Program-made: the position numbers and the translations under genes
From: the human T2T-CHM13v2.0 reference genome, Homo sapiens
Assembly (NCBI RefSeq): GCF_009914755.1
Contig: NC_060927.1
Strand: one strand, 5' to 3'
Length of the DNA stretch: 64,000 nucleotides
Shown: piece after piece, positions 1 to 59,049 of the stretch
Numbering within the stretch: position 1 is the stretch's first letter
Layout: the number at the start of each line of letters is the position of its first letter
Notes under the pieces: generated by a model
The model's database searches: none
The model's input: only the letters and a program-made list of their open reading frames with translations
What the model was told of the DNA's origin: nothing

Positions 1-244
1 AAATTATTAGTTTGGGTGTGATGTGACTTTGCCTTTGGCTCAGTAAATTCCTTCCAGGAAAAAAAAAAAACAACCTCATAAAATATAGGACCAGCCCCAT
101 TAAATACTGGTGACACTTAGGTACTGAGTGGTCAAAAAATAAAATAGGAAGCAGAAAGAGCCTATGTATCTCAACTAACTGAACATGTCTCTACATTAGA
201 CAATTCTTACAGCTTTTTTCTTCAATTTTTAAAAGACAGGTAAC

Positions 245-982
<738 letters not shown>

Positions 983-1155
983 GTAAAATAATATTGATAT
1001 GTAAATCAACATTTAGGCAGTTACAATGCTATTATGTAATAAAAGCTCTCCATTCATCTGTAAGTAGTTTTGTGGCAGAATAACTTTTTCTGTTACTTTT
1101 TCTAACTTTTTCTGTTTTTAATCAATTCCTTTACTGTAAAATGTCATTTTAAATG

Positions 1156-1166
1156 TTTATTTTATT
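1156..1166 (-). terminator. HACL1 polyadenylation signal (overlapping AATAAAATAAA)
   Basis: tttattttatt on the + strand, about 100 nt past the stop codon. Confidence 0.75.
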
Positions 1167-1262
1167 TTGCACAATTTTAACAGTAGAGTAATTTTGCTGT
1201 GGAAAATAAAATTTCATCTTGCAAGAAAGAGAAAACTCAAGACCACCAACTGGCGTCTTTAT

Positions 1263-41782
<40,520 letters not shown>

Positions 41783-42039
41783 CTTCCACCGAAAAGCTCT
41801 AAGCACTCACGCAGCCGGCAAACAAGCGGAATCATCCAGCAAGGCAAACGCGAAGTCGGCAGCACGCCACCTCTGGTACTGCACCTCTGACGGACAGGAG
41901 GGCAACCAACTGCCTTAAACAACGGGAAGGAAGAGGCGGTCTAAATTCGTCCACTTCCCGGGAGAGGTGAGAATGTAAACACGCGCGTTCTCCAATCAGA
42001 ACTGCGCTCTCTTCTCGGCTCCTCCATTCGCGCGCCAGA

Positions 42040-42089
42040 ATGCCAGAGGGAGGCGGGACTAGCAGGAGATTGCTGCCTATGCAAAGCAG
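42040..42089 (+). CDS. BTD: BTD alternative first exon (MPEGGGTSRRLLPMQSR)
   Basis: ATG 42040; 50 nt; CAG|GTAAGA donor; same phase (2) as the 42170 exon. Confidence 0.7.
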
Positions 42090-42169
42090 GTAAGAAGCCG
42101 AACTCTGAGGCCTCTCGCCATTGTCTCCGAGTCGGCCAGCTGGAGCGTTTTCGGGGCTGTAAAGGGAGA

Positions 42170-42213
42170 ATGGCGCATGCGCATATTCAGGGCGGAAGGC
42201 GCGCTAAGAGCAG
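42170..42213 (+). CDS. BTD: BTD (biotinidase) first exon, coding part of the long N-terminal form (MAHAHIQGGRRAKSR); rest of the gene is beyond the window
   Basis: Peptide recognised as the biotinidase N-terminus; 44 nt then AG|GTACGG donor. Confidence 0.92.
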
Positions 42214-43154
42214 GTACGGAGGGGGCGTGGTGCGGCGCGGAGGGGGTGTGGTAAGGGCGTGCGGTCCAGACCCCGCCCCGGGCGCCCAGTTGGACTTGGG
42301 GAGGGCTGCGCAAAGGCTGCCGGGAGCTGGGAAGCCCGGCGCGCGTCGTTTGCTGGGGCTGTTTGTGCGTTGCTGCTGTGCTACCGCGTTGCGTTTTCTA
42401 GGCATTTACTTACACGCTTTGTGGTTTACGCTCTCATAACCTTGTGGTTTTATAGTCCTTAAATTATTGTAGCGCACGTTACTTAAATCCAGAAGCAGAT
42501 GTGTACCCCAGCAAGAGATAAAATGACGCTCAGAGTCAGTAGATCCAGACCGTGCCTGAGATCCTGAATCCTGTTTCCTACCCACTATTCAGCCATTGGG
42601 TCACAAGCGATGAAAAGAGCACCTTGAAGGTAGTATAGAGCACTGTTTTCTCCAGCCCTTGCTACTAATCCATATTACTCTCCGCTAATATCTTTCCAAA
42701 ATTAGGAACTATGGCGTTTCATAATTCTTAGGTTGGGTCCCTACCTACAACCAGCCCTGCACCCGATAGCCTTTTAAAACATTTTTGTGTGAAAATCGTT
42801 TGCAATGTGCAATATCTGAAACTACTGCCTTGGAGTCATTAGACCCTCTGCTCAGTGACAATAAACATAAAATTTCCAATTGTAATAAACAGTGGAACTT
42901 TTAATTTTTTGAGGATTTGGAGTCATTTTAAGCAAAAAGAACAGTGATAAGTGGACAGTAAAGAGATGAGAGGGGAGTGGGTCATGGGTAGTGAAATGAG
43001 TGAGAAGCACTGGAAGTGAAACGATTTCTAAACCCAGACATTTTCAAACTGTAGTCCTGGGTCTTTTCAAAAGGTCTTCCCCTCTTTTTCTCAACCCCTC
43101 AACCCCACCCCAAGCAGAGGAGAGTGAAGTGGTTGCCTCCCTGCATATGTGGAC

Positions 43155-45800
<2,646 letters not shown>

Positions 45801-46080
45801 GGGACCCATCTCAGAGGGTGACTTCTTTCAAGTCTCAGAGTGTATCTAAAAAGAAAATGCAGATTTTGTATTATACTCTAGAATGTATCCATATTTTAAT
45901 TTTAAAATGACATTTATTGAGATATAATAAAGATACAATTCAATGTCCAGATTTTAAATGTTAGATGAGTTTTGACAGTTATATATATATATATCTATGA
46001 AATCACCACCCAAAATAAAAATGACATTTTAAACTGCTTACCTGTCAAGTAAAATTGACATTCCAGAAAGATGTGAAACG

Positions 46081-46480
<400 letters not shown>

Positions 46481-47148
46481 TTATATCAGTACCTTTTGTG
46501 ACAGTCTCTGCCCCTGTTGCATTAGAGTCACTTGGAAAGCTTTTTCCAAATAGTTACTTGGGCCCTACCCCAGATCTCCTGAATCAGCATCTTAGGACAA
46601 GTCAGGCACCTGTATTTTTTAAAAGCTGCTACCTGATTTTGCTTTGCAGCCCAGAGTTGAGAACCCTAGCTCTGTTTTCATGCCAGAAGCATGAGTTACT
46701 AATTAAACATATGATTGCCTGTCACCAAAGTAATACTGTTGATTAATTTGGATTGACAGGTTCAAGACTGATTTGACATTGACAGAACAAGCTGTATCGA
46801 TGGTAGTCAGTTCACTGGGCCTACTTCTGTGTCAAAAGAAACAGTGACAGAACCACTCAGTATGAAGTGCAATGAAAACTGAACTCTGAATTGGAACAAA
46901 TAACTGGAATTCAGTTAACTGGTTTTGCAAAAGGATAAATACTCAACTGGTTGTTTTCTGCCATTTAACAAAGAGAAAAATCATTGGGATTGTTTAAACT
47001 TGCTTTCACCTTTGCACCTTTCAGTTCAGGATGCAGTGTTCAATTGTTAACTTGGGCTTGATGATTCAGCAGAAAGAAGTGATTTGAGTTCTGGCTCACT
47101 GGATTAACAGGGCCAAGGAGCAAGTCCTTTGCAATCCAATTGTAATTA

Positions 47149-47390
47149 CAGCCAGCTTGTCCAACCCTTGGCCCAGGATGGCTTTGAATGCGGCCCAACA
47201 CAAATTCATAAACTTTCTTAAAACATTATGAGATTTATGCACCGACCCTTTTTTTTGTTGTTGTTTTTGGTTTTTTTTTTTTTTTTTAGCTCATCAGCTA
47301 TCATTTGTGTTAGTGTATTTTATGTATGGCCCAAGACAATTCTTCTTTTTCCAGTGTGGCCCAGGGAAGCCAAAAGATTGGATACCCCTG
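47149..47390. mobile_element. MER30-like hAT relic
   Basis: ggctttgaatgcggcccaacacaaattc...gccaaaagattggatacccctg. Confidence 0.75.
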
Positions 47391-48806
47391 ACAGGATTCC
47401 AGGATTCTTTTGTAATTTCTCAGAGGCCCTCTGTGCATACTCCGTAAGGACTATCCACATTCTTTATTACTTTCATTGGCAATAGGTATAAAATTTTATT
47501 TGTTGGATATTTTACTGAAATGTTACTTGTTTTTGCTTATTTACTGATTGGTGGGAGGAAGTCAAAGGATGAATAAATCTAACCTTTTTAAAAGAAAAGG
47601 CTAAAATACTCATAACATGCTCTCCAAAGAGCAGAGCTAGTCATCAAAGAATCTGCATACCAATTACTCTATTTGTAGGTTCTGGATTTGAGATTATGAA
47701 AAAGAGCAAATTGGTGGTTTTCTTCTCTCTGGGCCAGGGAGATATCCAGGCAACCAGGTAATTTAGTAAGAATTGCAAATATAGTGCCTGGAGACAATTT
47801 ATTCTCTAAAGACTGCAGCTTCTACAGGCAGTAACTCTTAAAGCCCCCAAATTGGGATAGTGCATTTTAATTTCCGTATACTAACAAGGACACTAAAAAT
47901 CCTTGTGATTATTTTAAAGCATAACACTAGCTGAACTTGTGATTAAGTATTCTCACAAATGTATTATCAAAATGTGAAATGTTTACTTATCAAATGAGGA
48001 AATGAATCAAGGTCATTTGTGATACATTATAGAAGCTAAAAATGAAATTGCCTGACATAAGATAAAACTGATACTGAATATCTTAAAAATAAAAAGGCGG
48101 AAACAACAAAAAAAGGAGTCTATGTAGAACACTATTTTTTATAGCAATGCAAAAACTGTACAGCCGGAAATGTGTTGTAGGAAATATGTCAACATAGGAA
48201 GTAAAATAATGTAATGAAAAGGTTCTTTGAATAAAGTGGGTTAAATTGATTTTCTTTGCTTCTCATTAAATCTGTGGACTTCAGAGTACCAAAGCTCAGC
48301 AACAGGCTTGAAACAAACCCAGTGAAAAGCAACTTTATTATTGAGCTGAGGATTGATATCAGTAATAACTCATTAATAAAAAAGCTTGATAATAAAAACT
48401 CCCAGTGCCTGATGCCAGCTGACAGACACTGGGAGTTTTCCCAGGTACCCTGTGACCTAGAGAAAGCTTGGATTCCTGCCTTTGGCTTGGGCTGGCAAGC
48501 CCTGTGCCTTTACTCTACATTTTAATGCCAGGGAGACCTGGAACTGGAGAAGGGAGTGCTGTGGGAAGAAAACAGAAGGAATGTTGTTCCCTTGTTTTAG
48601 CTTTGTGTTCATCCATTATGGGTTTTGGGTTTTTTTGTTTTTTGTGTTTTTTTAAGAACATTTGAGATAGTTTGACAGCAGCAGTCATTACATCACTGAC
48701 GAGGACGTTTACTTGTGTAAAATGCACCAGGAAATAGTGACAACTGTATGTTGTGCTATGAGGATGTAAGAGATTTATCTCAAATGGCTTAGAAATCAAA
48801 ATATAG

Positions 48807-49104
<298 letters not shown>

Positions 49105-50371
49105 TCATAGTATTTCTCCGTATGATGGAATTCCATACTCGGGGGAGTGTCCCACAGGGTAGGCAAGCAGCTATCACCCATGTAATATGGTACTAGTGTT
49201 GAAATATTTTCTGTTTTCACTTGCTTCTTCTGCCATTAGCATTCATTACAGCCCTTTCCTTTAACTTTTTAATTTGTACTTTATTGCTTTGTTTTGATAA
49301 TAATCTATTCTCCATGTCAGCAAAACAAAGATTTATCTCTAGGGAAGAATCTCTGAGTGATTCCCAGGGTTTGGGGGTTGAACTGGGGACATCTTCATGA
49401 TGAACTTAAGCCCTTAAACTTCTTTTTACATCATAACGTTTGAGTTCTTCTTTGGAGCTTAGCTGTGATTTATTCTTTTCACTTCAAAAAAAATACATTT
49501 AACATTTATGACATCTTTCAGACACATGAATAGGATCAGAGATTAATATACACCCATGTACCCAGCCCCTGGCTTAAGAAATACATCACAAATATAATGA
49601 AACCCCCGTGTGTCCTTTCCCCATTACACCTCCTTTCCTGTCCTACAGAGGTAACCACTATCTTGAATTTGGTGTTTGTAGTTCCCACATTATCCATTCT
49701 TTAGATGATCGATATTTGGTCATTTTTAGTTTTTTTGGAAACAGTGTGCTCTGAAATTCTTGCATGTTTCCTTCTTGTGCACATGTGTGAGAGTTTCTAC
49801 ATATATATCAAGGTGGAGGTCATCATCATTTGATCTCCAAAGTATTGTACCAATTTATACTCCCAACATTTGTGTATGAGAGCTACCCTTTCTCCATAGT
49901 CTCAACTGTGGAGCTTTAAAAATTTTTAAATGTGAAATGGCTTCTCAGTTCCATTTCTCTGACTACAAATGAGGTTAAGTTATATTTGTATATATATATT
50001 GGCCATGCGTGTTTCTTTTTCTGTGAATTACGTGTTTACATCTGTTGCACATTTCCTTATTGGATTATCTTTTGCTTTTTGATTTGTAGATGTCCTTTAT
50101 GTATTCTGAATGCTAATTATTTGTCTTTTAACTTTGTTAATAGTGATTTTAGAGGTATAAAGGGTTTTTTTATAGTCACATTTGACAACTGGTCTTCCTT
50201 ATTTTTTTTTTAATTTTTTTATTTTTTTGGTAACTTGCTAAAGAAAACTTTTTGTAACCTGAGGTTATGAAGATTTTTTTCTATATCAAAAAGTGTAAAG
50301 TTTTATTTTTCATATTTAAGTCACTACCTGGAATTGATTTTTGTTTGTTGAGAAGTAAGAATCCATATAAT

Positions 50372-50820
50372 ATGTCAATTAGATTTGCTGTGTAATTAAC
50401 CACCCCAAAACTTAGTGGCTTAAAAGAACCACCATTTATTTAACATATATTCCTATGAGGCTGGTCTCAACTGGGCTCACCCATGTATCTGTTAGTCAGT
50501 TGCCAGTGAACTGAGTCACTCAGCCCCTGGAGGTTAGCTGGTTGTCCACTGGGATAGCGGGCATATTGCCAGTGAGCCACATAGCTCTACCACTCAGCAG
50601 GCTAGCTGGACTTCTTCATTGGATGGCAGCAGGTTGCAAAAGGGAATGAGCCTCATTGTGCAAGCCTCTATGTGCGGTGTTTGCTAACATCTCATTAGCC
50701 AAAGCAAGTTATGTGGCTGGGCTCAGACTCTAAGTTAAAGGCATTCGAGTTACATGATAATGGAACATGGATACAGAGAGGGGAGAAATTGCTGGCCTTT
50801 TTTATAGTCAATTTACCATA
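50372..50820 (-). mobile_element. Old MLT1-type LTR within L1 remnants
   Basis: caccccaaaacttagtggcttaaaa and ctcattagccaaagcaagt motifs. Confidence 0.6.
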
Positions 50821-51254
50821 ACATCCAGTTGTCCAAGCACCATTCATAATATAGTTCATTCTCATCCCAGTGATACATAATTTCCCCTCTGTGGAATGTC
50901 AAGCTCGCATATTTATGGGAGTATTTCTGTACTCTCTGTTCTTTTCCTATCCTAACACCAATCCCACACTATCTTAATTTCTGTGTTTTTAAAATAAGTC
51001 TTGATGTTGGTAGGACAAGTAGTCCCTGGACTTCATTCTTTTGAAGCCATCTTGTTTATTATATTAATTTTAAGCAACTAGAGGGGATGGAAGAGGAACC
51101 TTTAGATTAAAAGAGATTTAAAAGATAGGGTATTTTTTAATGGACAAGACTAAACTACAGTGTCTAGGGATGCACATTGGGTGATAAAGCTATTTTAAAA
51201 AACAAAGAAGTGATGAGTATAAAAGTCAGGGTCATGGTTACTTGATCCCTCATG

Positions 51255-51420
51255 GGTAATGTTGTCAGATTTAGAAAAAAAAAAAAAAACAGGACTCCAA
51301 AACTCCCAGTTGAATTTGAACTTTAGATGAACAATGCATAATTTTTTTTAGCGTAAGTATGTTCCAACATATTTATCTGAAAGTTAAATTTAACTGGGCC
51401 ACCTGTATTTTACCTGGAAA
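51255..51420. mobile_element. MER53-like palindromic DNA element
   Basis: ccagttgaatttgaacttt...ttaaatttaactggg inverted arms. Confidence 0.6.
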
Positions 51421-51933
51421 AATCCTGATTTTATTCAAGGTGATAATGCAGTTTACATTGCCCAGCCTTCCTTGTAGCTAGGAGTGGTCACGCGTCCACA
51501 CATGGGCCAAAGCAATTTAAATAGGAGTCACTGGGCAGGGCTTTTAGGAAAGCTGATGAAACTGGCAAGTACCCTCTGTACTCTTCCTCTGTACAACATG
51601 ATAATTGGAGTTGTAGAAGTCATTTTGGAACCACAAGATGACTCTGAAAATGGAAGCTACATGCCAAGAAGTTAGGCCCAGAAAGAGAGGGATCCTGGGT
51701 CCTACATGACTCTTGCCTTTGTCAGGTTTTATTATCAGATTTTTATCACTTCATAAGAAAAAAATGCCTTCTTTTACTATATTCTCACACACATTGAGTA
51801 GCATTAGGATTATTTTTTCCTTTATAGTTAGAAAGAATTCTTCTAGAAACTATTTGGGCCTGTTTTGAGGGTGGAGAATGGGAGGGAATGATTGTTTGAT
51901 AACTATTTCTTCTATGATTGTTGGCATGGTTTA

Positions 51934-52132
<199 letters not shown>

Positions 52133-53034
52133 CTAGGAAACTACTCGTCTAAATTTTCTAGCTTATCAATATAGGATTGAATGAGGTGATTATTCTTTTT
52201 TAAAAAAAATTCTTCTGCATTTATAGATTTCTCTTTGTTTTGTATATTTGTTTCTCTTTTTTTTCTTAATTAGGCTAGCCGATCATTTGTCTTTACCTTT
52301 TTTTTTCTCTAAACAACAACTCCTTGGACATACTTATTCATTCTGTCATTTTTCTGTTTTCTAATTTAATTTCCACTCTTATTTTTATTTCCTTCCTTTT
52401 GCTTTCTTGAGCATGCCATTACTCTTTTCCTCACTGTTACCACCTTTTGTTAGTTTTACAATTTCTACATTGCCAGAGTTAATAACATTTGCACTGTGTT
52501 CTATAAATATAATCCTCATGTTTATTTTACATTCAAGGCTCTTGCCAGTTTTTCCATTCACCTCTTAATTGGCCGAAGATTACCCTCTATGCATTTTTTC
52601 AAAGAAGGCTGATGAGACTGATGAGAATAATAGTCCCTGAGTTCTTATATTTTCATACCTATTATCTGGTTTTTTTCTTTACTTCAACCATAGGTTGGCA
52701 TAATATATAATTTCTGGCTTATATTTTATTTTCTGGAAGGATTCTATAGGCTTTTACTGGCATTGATGTTATTGTAGTAAAGTCTGAGGACAGCCTGATT
52801 ATTTTGCCCCTAATAAATACCCTTGATCTTTTTATTTAGCTTCCCAAATGATTCTTACTTTATCTTTGAAGATCAAGAATTTTGCTAGGCTATCTGCCGA
52901 TGTTGATGTTCTGTTCCTTTCTTTCTTGAGTTTTGCTATCTCTTTTCAAGCTATAAATTGAAATATGCTTTTATTTCTGGTGAGTTTTCTTCAATTACAT
53001 CTTTAATTTTTTTTTTTTTTGCTTCATTATATGT

Positions 53035-53545
53035 TGTCTATTGTTGTATAAAAATTTACCCTACGACCTATTCAGCAGCTTAAAACAAGACCCATTTATT
53101 ATCTCAAAGTCTCTATGTGTCAGGAGTCTGAGCATAGTTTTACTGGATCCTCTGGTCAGCATCTCACAAGGCTACAGTGAAGTTGTCAGCTGACCTCATG
53201 GTCTCATCTGAGGCTGAGTTTTCTTCCAAATTCAACTGATCGTTGAAAGAATGAATTTCCTTGCAGTTGTAGTATTCATGGTGGCTTGCTTCTTCAAGGT
53301 CAGCCGGGGAGAGAGTGTGTCTGAAATCTTGGAGCACCCCAGTTCTTTTTTTAAAGACCTGATTAATTCAGACCCACCAGGGTAATCTCTTTTGATTAAC
53401 TAGATTAACTGGCTTGGGATTTTAACTACATATGTGAAAGCCCTTCACCTTTGTCATATTCTATTGGCTAGTAACAGAGTACAATTTCCACCTGCACTCA
53501 AGAAAAGAGGATTATACAAGGAGTCACCTTAGGGTGTGTCCACCA
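53035..53545 (-). mobile_element. MLT1-type LTR
   Basis: gcttaaaacaa...atttattatctca...gtcaggagtc motifs. Confidence 0.6.
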
Positions 53546-54445
53546 CACATTATTTTTTTCTTTTATGCATTTTCCAATTATGCATATGATGGATCTCGTT
53601 CACTGTTCTCCCTGTCTATCATTTTCTGTGGACTCCTTTTCAATTCTGTATTTCCATTCATGTTGCTTATTTATTTACAGCATCATCTGATTTCTTTTGC
53701 TGCTTCTATCTTTGCCATAATTTCTTGATGTTTTAATTTTTTCTTCTGCTTCTTTCCTGAGCCCTGCCAGATAATATTTCATCTGTCTCCCAGCTTTCTA
53801 TTCCCCACTCCCTTCTCCCTTCTCTCTTCTTCCCTCTTCCCCCTCCTTACCTTCTCCTCTTCTCCTCCTTTCCTCCCCTTCTCCCCTTTTTCCCTTTCAT
53901 CTTTTAATTCTCTTGGTCTATTTTGTGCTTTTATTTAATATAAGCAGTTTTTTTTCACTCGTGGCAGAATGTTTTGTCACAGTTTTTATTTGTGTTGTGG
54001 CAATTTTCTGGGGTATAACCTTTGTTTTCGTATAGTATCTTTCAAAAGATCTTGAGCTTTTTATTTACTCATTTTTGAGTGAGTTTTTCCTCTACTGTAG
54101 GAGGTTTATGTGTGAACAAGGCCATTCTGGTTCACAGTTATTTTTTCTTAGCACATTTAAGATTTTGTTTTCTTACTTCTATTGTTACTCTTGAAAAGTC
54201 TGCTGTTTTCAAATCACCATATCTTTGAAGGCAATCTCTCTTCCCTCTGGTTGCGTCTAAGATTTTTTTCTTCTTCAAATATTTCGTGTTCTGGTTTCTT
54301 TATGTTGTGTATAGATTTCTTTTTGGTTGTCTTGAATCTATGGATTTCTGTATTTTATTATTAAAATTCTCACCTATTATACCTTCAAACATGTGTAATG
54401 TGTCATGTGTCATTTTATGTATTTTCTCCCTCTTTCTTTCTTTCT

Positions 54446-55214
54446 TTTTTTTTTTTTTTTAAGTCAAGGTCTTGCTCTGTCGCCCAAGCTGGAGTACAGT
54501 GGCACAGCCGTAGCCCACTGCAGCCTTAAACTCCTGGGCTCAAGCAATCCTACCACCTCAGCCTCTTGAGATGCTGGGACCGCAGGTGTACACCACCATG
54601 CCCAGCTAATACTTTTTTACTTTTTGTAGAGATTATATTGCCCAGGCTGGTCTTGAATTCCTGGCCTCAAGTGATCCTCTCATCTTGACCTCCAAAGTGT
54701 TGGGATTACAGGCATGAGCCATTGCACCCAGCCTCTATTTTCTCCTTCTGAAATTCCAATTAGAAATATCATGGAACATCATATATGTCTTCCATGTCTC
54801 ATCTTCTTTTTTTCCCTTTTGTCATCTCTGTGGTACATTCTAAACAAATTTTTTAATGATTCTAACGGCCATGCCACAAAATGTCTCCATTTGGTTTTAT
54901 TTGACAATATCTTTTTCTTTTTTTTTTTTTTTTTGACACAGAGTCTCTCTCTATTACCCAGGCTAGAGTGTAGTGGTGTGATCTTAGCTCACTGCCACCT
55001 CCGCCTCTGAGCTCAAGCAATCGCCCTACCTTAGCCACCCAAGTAGCTGGGACTACAGGCATGCACCACCACACACAGCTAATTTTTGTATTTTTTGTAG
55101 AGATGGGGTTTTGCCATGTTGCCCATGCTGGCCTCCAACTCCTGGGCTCAAGTTATCTTCCTGCCTTGGCCTTCCAAAGTGCTGGGATTACAGGCATGAG
55201 CCACCACTCCCAGC
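54446..55214 (-). mobile_element. Two Alus (J-type)
   Basis: Alu consensus at 54446-54732 and 54912-55214. Confidence 0.88.
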
Positions 55215-56639
55215 CAACAATATCTTATTCTTTTACCTGTTTTAGAGTCCTCTGAGTACTTCTTTAATCAACTTCAGTGTACTTATTTGAAAATTTTCAC
55301 TAGTAATCCTTCCATCTGAAGTTGTTGGGGGCCTGATTTTGCTGTATTCTTTAACTTTCTTGCATAATATTTGCTTCCTTGTGTGTTTTGTAATTTTGAA
55401 TTTTGAGCTCTTGTTTACCTTGTTCTTCAACCCAGGACACTCAGTCTTCAAGAAGAGAGTATGTGGATAGGCTTTTCCAGGCATCTTAGGACTGATAACA
55501 TCTCAAAATCACTTTGTGCTCATTTCTTGGCATAGAGTTACCTGGGTCATGTATGTTGTGAGTTTTTGAATCATGAACCCACATAAGGAAAACCTTTGAT
55601 TATGTTGGTTATGACTTTCAAGGAGTACTATTTTCCCCTGCTCAGAGCCCAAGATGAGATGTACAAGTTTCTACGTCAGATAGTTACTTTGGCAGGCAGG
55701 CAGATATTTGTTTTTGTCCATCCTTTCAATAAAGGAATCATTCCTTAAGGTTCCTAGCTATATGCACAGATCTCACTCCAACCTCCACATCTTGTCTTTC
55801 TGTCCTTCATGGTCTTTAAAATCTAAACCCCTTGGATATCAAGATTGGGACATGTTCCAGTATCACCTCACCACTCCAGTTTTCAGTTACTTGATTTTAG
55901 TTTTTATTTTTTAAATGCTTTTTTTAAAAGAGAAGTTTTATGCTCACAATAAAATTGAGCAGAAAGTACAGAAAGTTTACATATACTCCCTGTCCTGATA
56001 CATGCATAGCCTTCCCTGTTATCAATATCCCAGACTAGAATGGTATGTTTGTTATAATCAGTGAACCTGCATTGACACATTATTATAACATGAAGTCCAT
56101 AGTTTACATTAGGATTCACTTCTTTCTCCCTTAACACTTGGCAACCACTGATCATTTTACCATCTCTGCAATTTTGCTTTTTCCACCACTGGAAATGTTA
56201 CATATTGGAATCATACAGTATGTAGCCTTTACAGATTGGTTTCTTTCCTTTAGTAATATACATCTAAGGTTCCTCCATATCTTTTCATGGCTTGATAGCT
56301 CATTTCTTTTTAGCACTGAATAATATTCCATTGTCTGAATGTATCACACTTTATTAATCCATTCACCTACTGAAGAATATCTTGATTGCTTCCAAGTTTT
56401 GGTAACTATGAAAAAAACTGCTATAAACACTCCTGTGCAGTTTTTTTGGAGACATAAGTTTTCTACTCCTTTGGGTAAATACAAAGAATACGATTGCTGA
56501 ATCATATGATAAGAGTATGCTTCATTTTGTAAGAAAATGCCAAGCTGTCTTCCAAAGTGGTTGGATCATTTTGTGTTCCCATCAGCAATGAATCAGACTT
56601 CCTGTTGCTCTATATTCTCAACAGCATTTGGTCTTTTTA

Positions 56640-56972
<333 letters not shown>

Positions 56973-57076
56973 CTAAGCATTTAGTCTTGTCAGTGTTTTG
57001 GATTTTGACTATTCTAATAGGTGCATAGTGGTATCTAATTTTTAATTTGCAATTCCCTTGTGACATATGATGCTGA

Positions 57077-57331
<255 letters not shown>

Positions 57332-58812
57332 TAGTAGAGACGGGGGTTTCACTATGTTGGCTAGGATGGTCTTAACCTCTTGACCTCGTGATCTGCCTGC
57401 CTTGGCCTCCCAAAGTGCTGGGATTATAGGCATGAGCCACCATGCCCGGCCTTTTGCCTATTTTTTAATCAAGTTGTTTACTTTCTTATTGTTGAGTTTT
57501 AACAGTTCTTTGATATTTTGGATAACATTCCTTTATCTGATAAATCTTTTGCAAATATTTTCTCTCAGTCTGTAGCTTATCTTCTTCTGTTCTTGATAGT
57601 TTCATTTGCAGATCAAAAGTTTTACATTTAGTGAAGTGCAGTGTATCAATTCTTTCTTTTTTGTCCAACACAAGATCATCTAGCTATTCTCCTATGTTAT
57701 CTTTTAAGAGTTTTATAGTTTTGTACTTTATATTTAGATCTATGATCTGTTTTGAGTTACTTCTTGTGAAGGGTATAAGATCTTTATCTAGATTTGTTTT
57801 TTACATGTGGGTGTCCATTTGTTCCAGCACCATTTGTTGAAAAGACTGTCTTTGCTCCATCACATTGCCTTTGCTCCTTTGTCAAAGATGAGTTAACTAT
57901 AGCCTGGTGTGCAGTGGTACACACTTGTAGTCCCAGCTGCTCAGTAGAGTTCAATAGTTTTCTTTAGGAGGCTGAGGTAGAAGAATTGCTTGAGCCTAGG
58001 AATTTGAGTCCAGCCTAGGCAACATAGCGAGACCTCATTTGTAAAATAAATAAATAAATAAGACCAGTTGACTGTATTTATGTGGGTCTATTTCTGGATT
58101 CTCTATTCTGTTCCATCTATTTGTCTGTTCTTTGGCCAATTGATAAAATATCATGTTGTCTTGATTACTACAGTTTTATAATGTCTTGAAGTTGGTAGTG
58201 TGAGTTTTCTGACTTCATTCTTCTTCAATATTGTATTGGCCATTCTTGGTCTTTTACCTCTCCATGTACAATTTATTTTTATGTATTTATCTAGAGACAG
58301 GTCTCGCTCTGTCATCCAGGCTGGAATGCAGTGGCGTGATCATAGCTCACTATAACCTTGAACTCCTGGGATCAAGTGATCTTCCCACTTCCATCTGCTG
58401 AATAGCCAGGACTATAGGCACACACCGCCTTGCCCAGCTAACTTAATTTTATTTTTAATTTTGTAGAGAATGGGGTCTCTCTATTTTGCCCAGGCTGGTG
58501 GTCTCAAACTCCTGGCCTCAAATGATCCTCCTGCCTTGGCCTCTTAAAGTGCTGAGCTTACAGGCATAAGCCACTGCTCCATATGCAGTTTAGAATCAGT
58601 TTGTTGATACCTACAAAATAACTTGTTGGGATTTCAGTTGGGATTGTGTTGAATCTATAGATCAAGTTGTTCGCAAGAACTGACATCTTAACGATATTGA
58701 GTCTCTGCATTTATTTAGTGCTGCTTTGATTTCTTTCAACAGAGTTTTGTAGTTTTTTCATGCAGACCTTAAACATTTTTAAAAGATTTATACCTAAATA
58801 TTTCATATGTAG

Positions 58813-59049
<237 letters not shown>

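Noticed and set aside
42214-42439. Continuation of the 89-aa ORF from the BTD ATG
   Set aside because: It runs past the splice donor into intron 1; only the first 44 nt are BTD coding.
53800-53900. Polypyrimidine tract with H-DNA potential
   Set aside because: Irregular low-complexity sequence without a clear mirror repeat.
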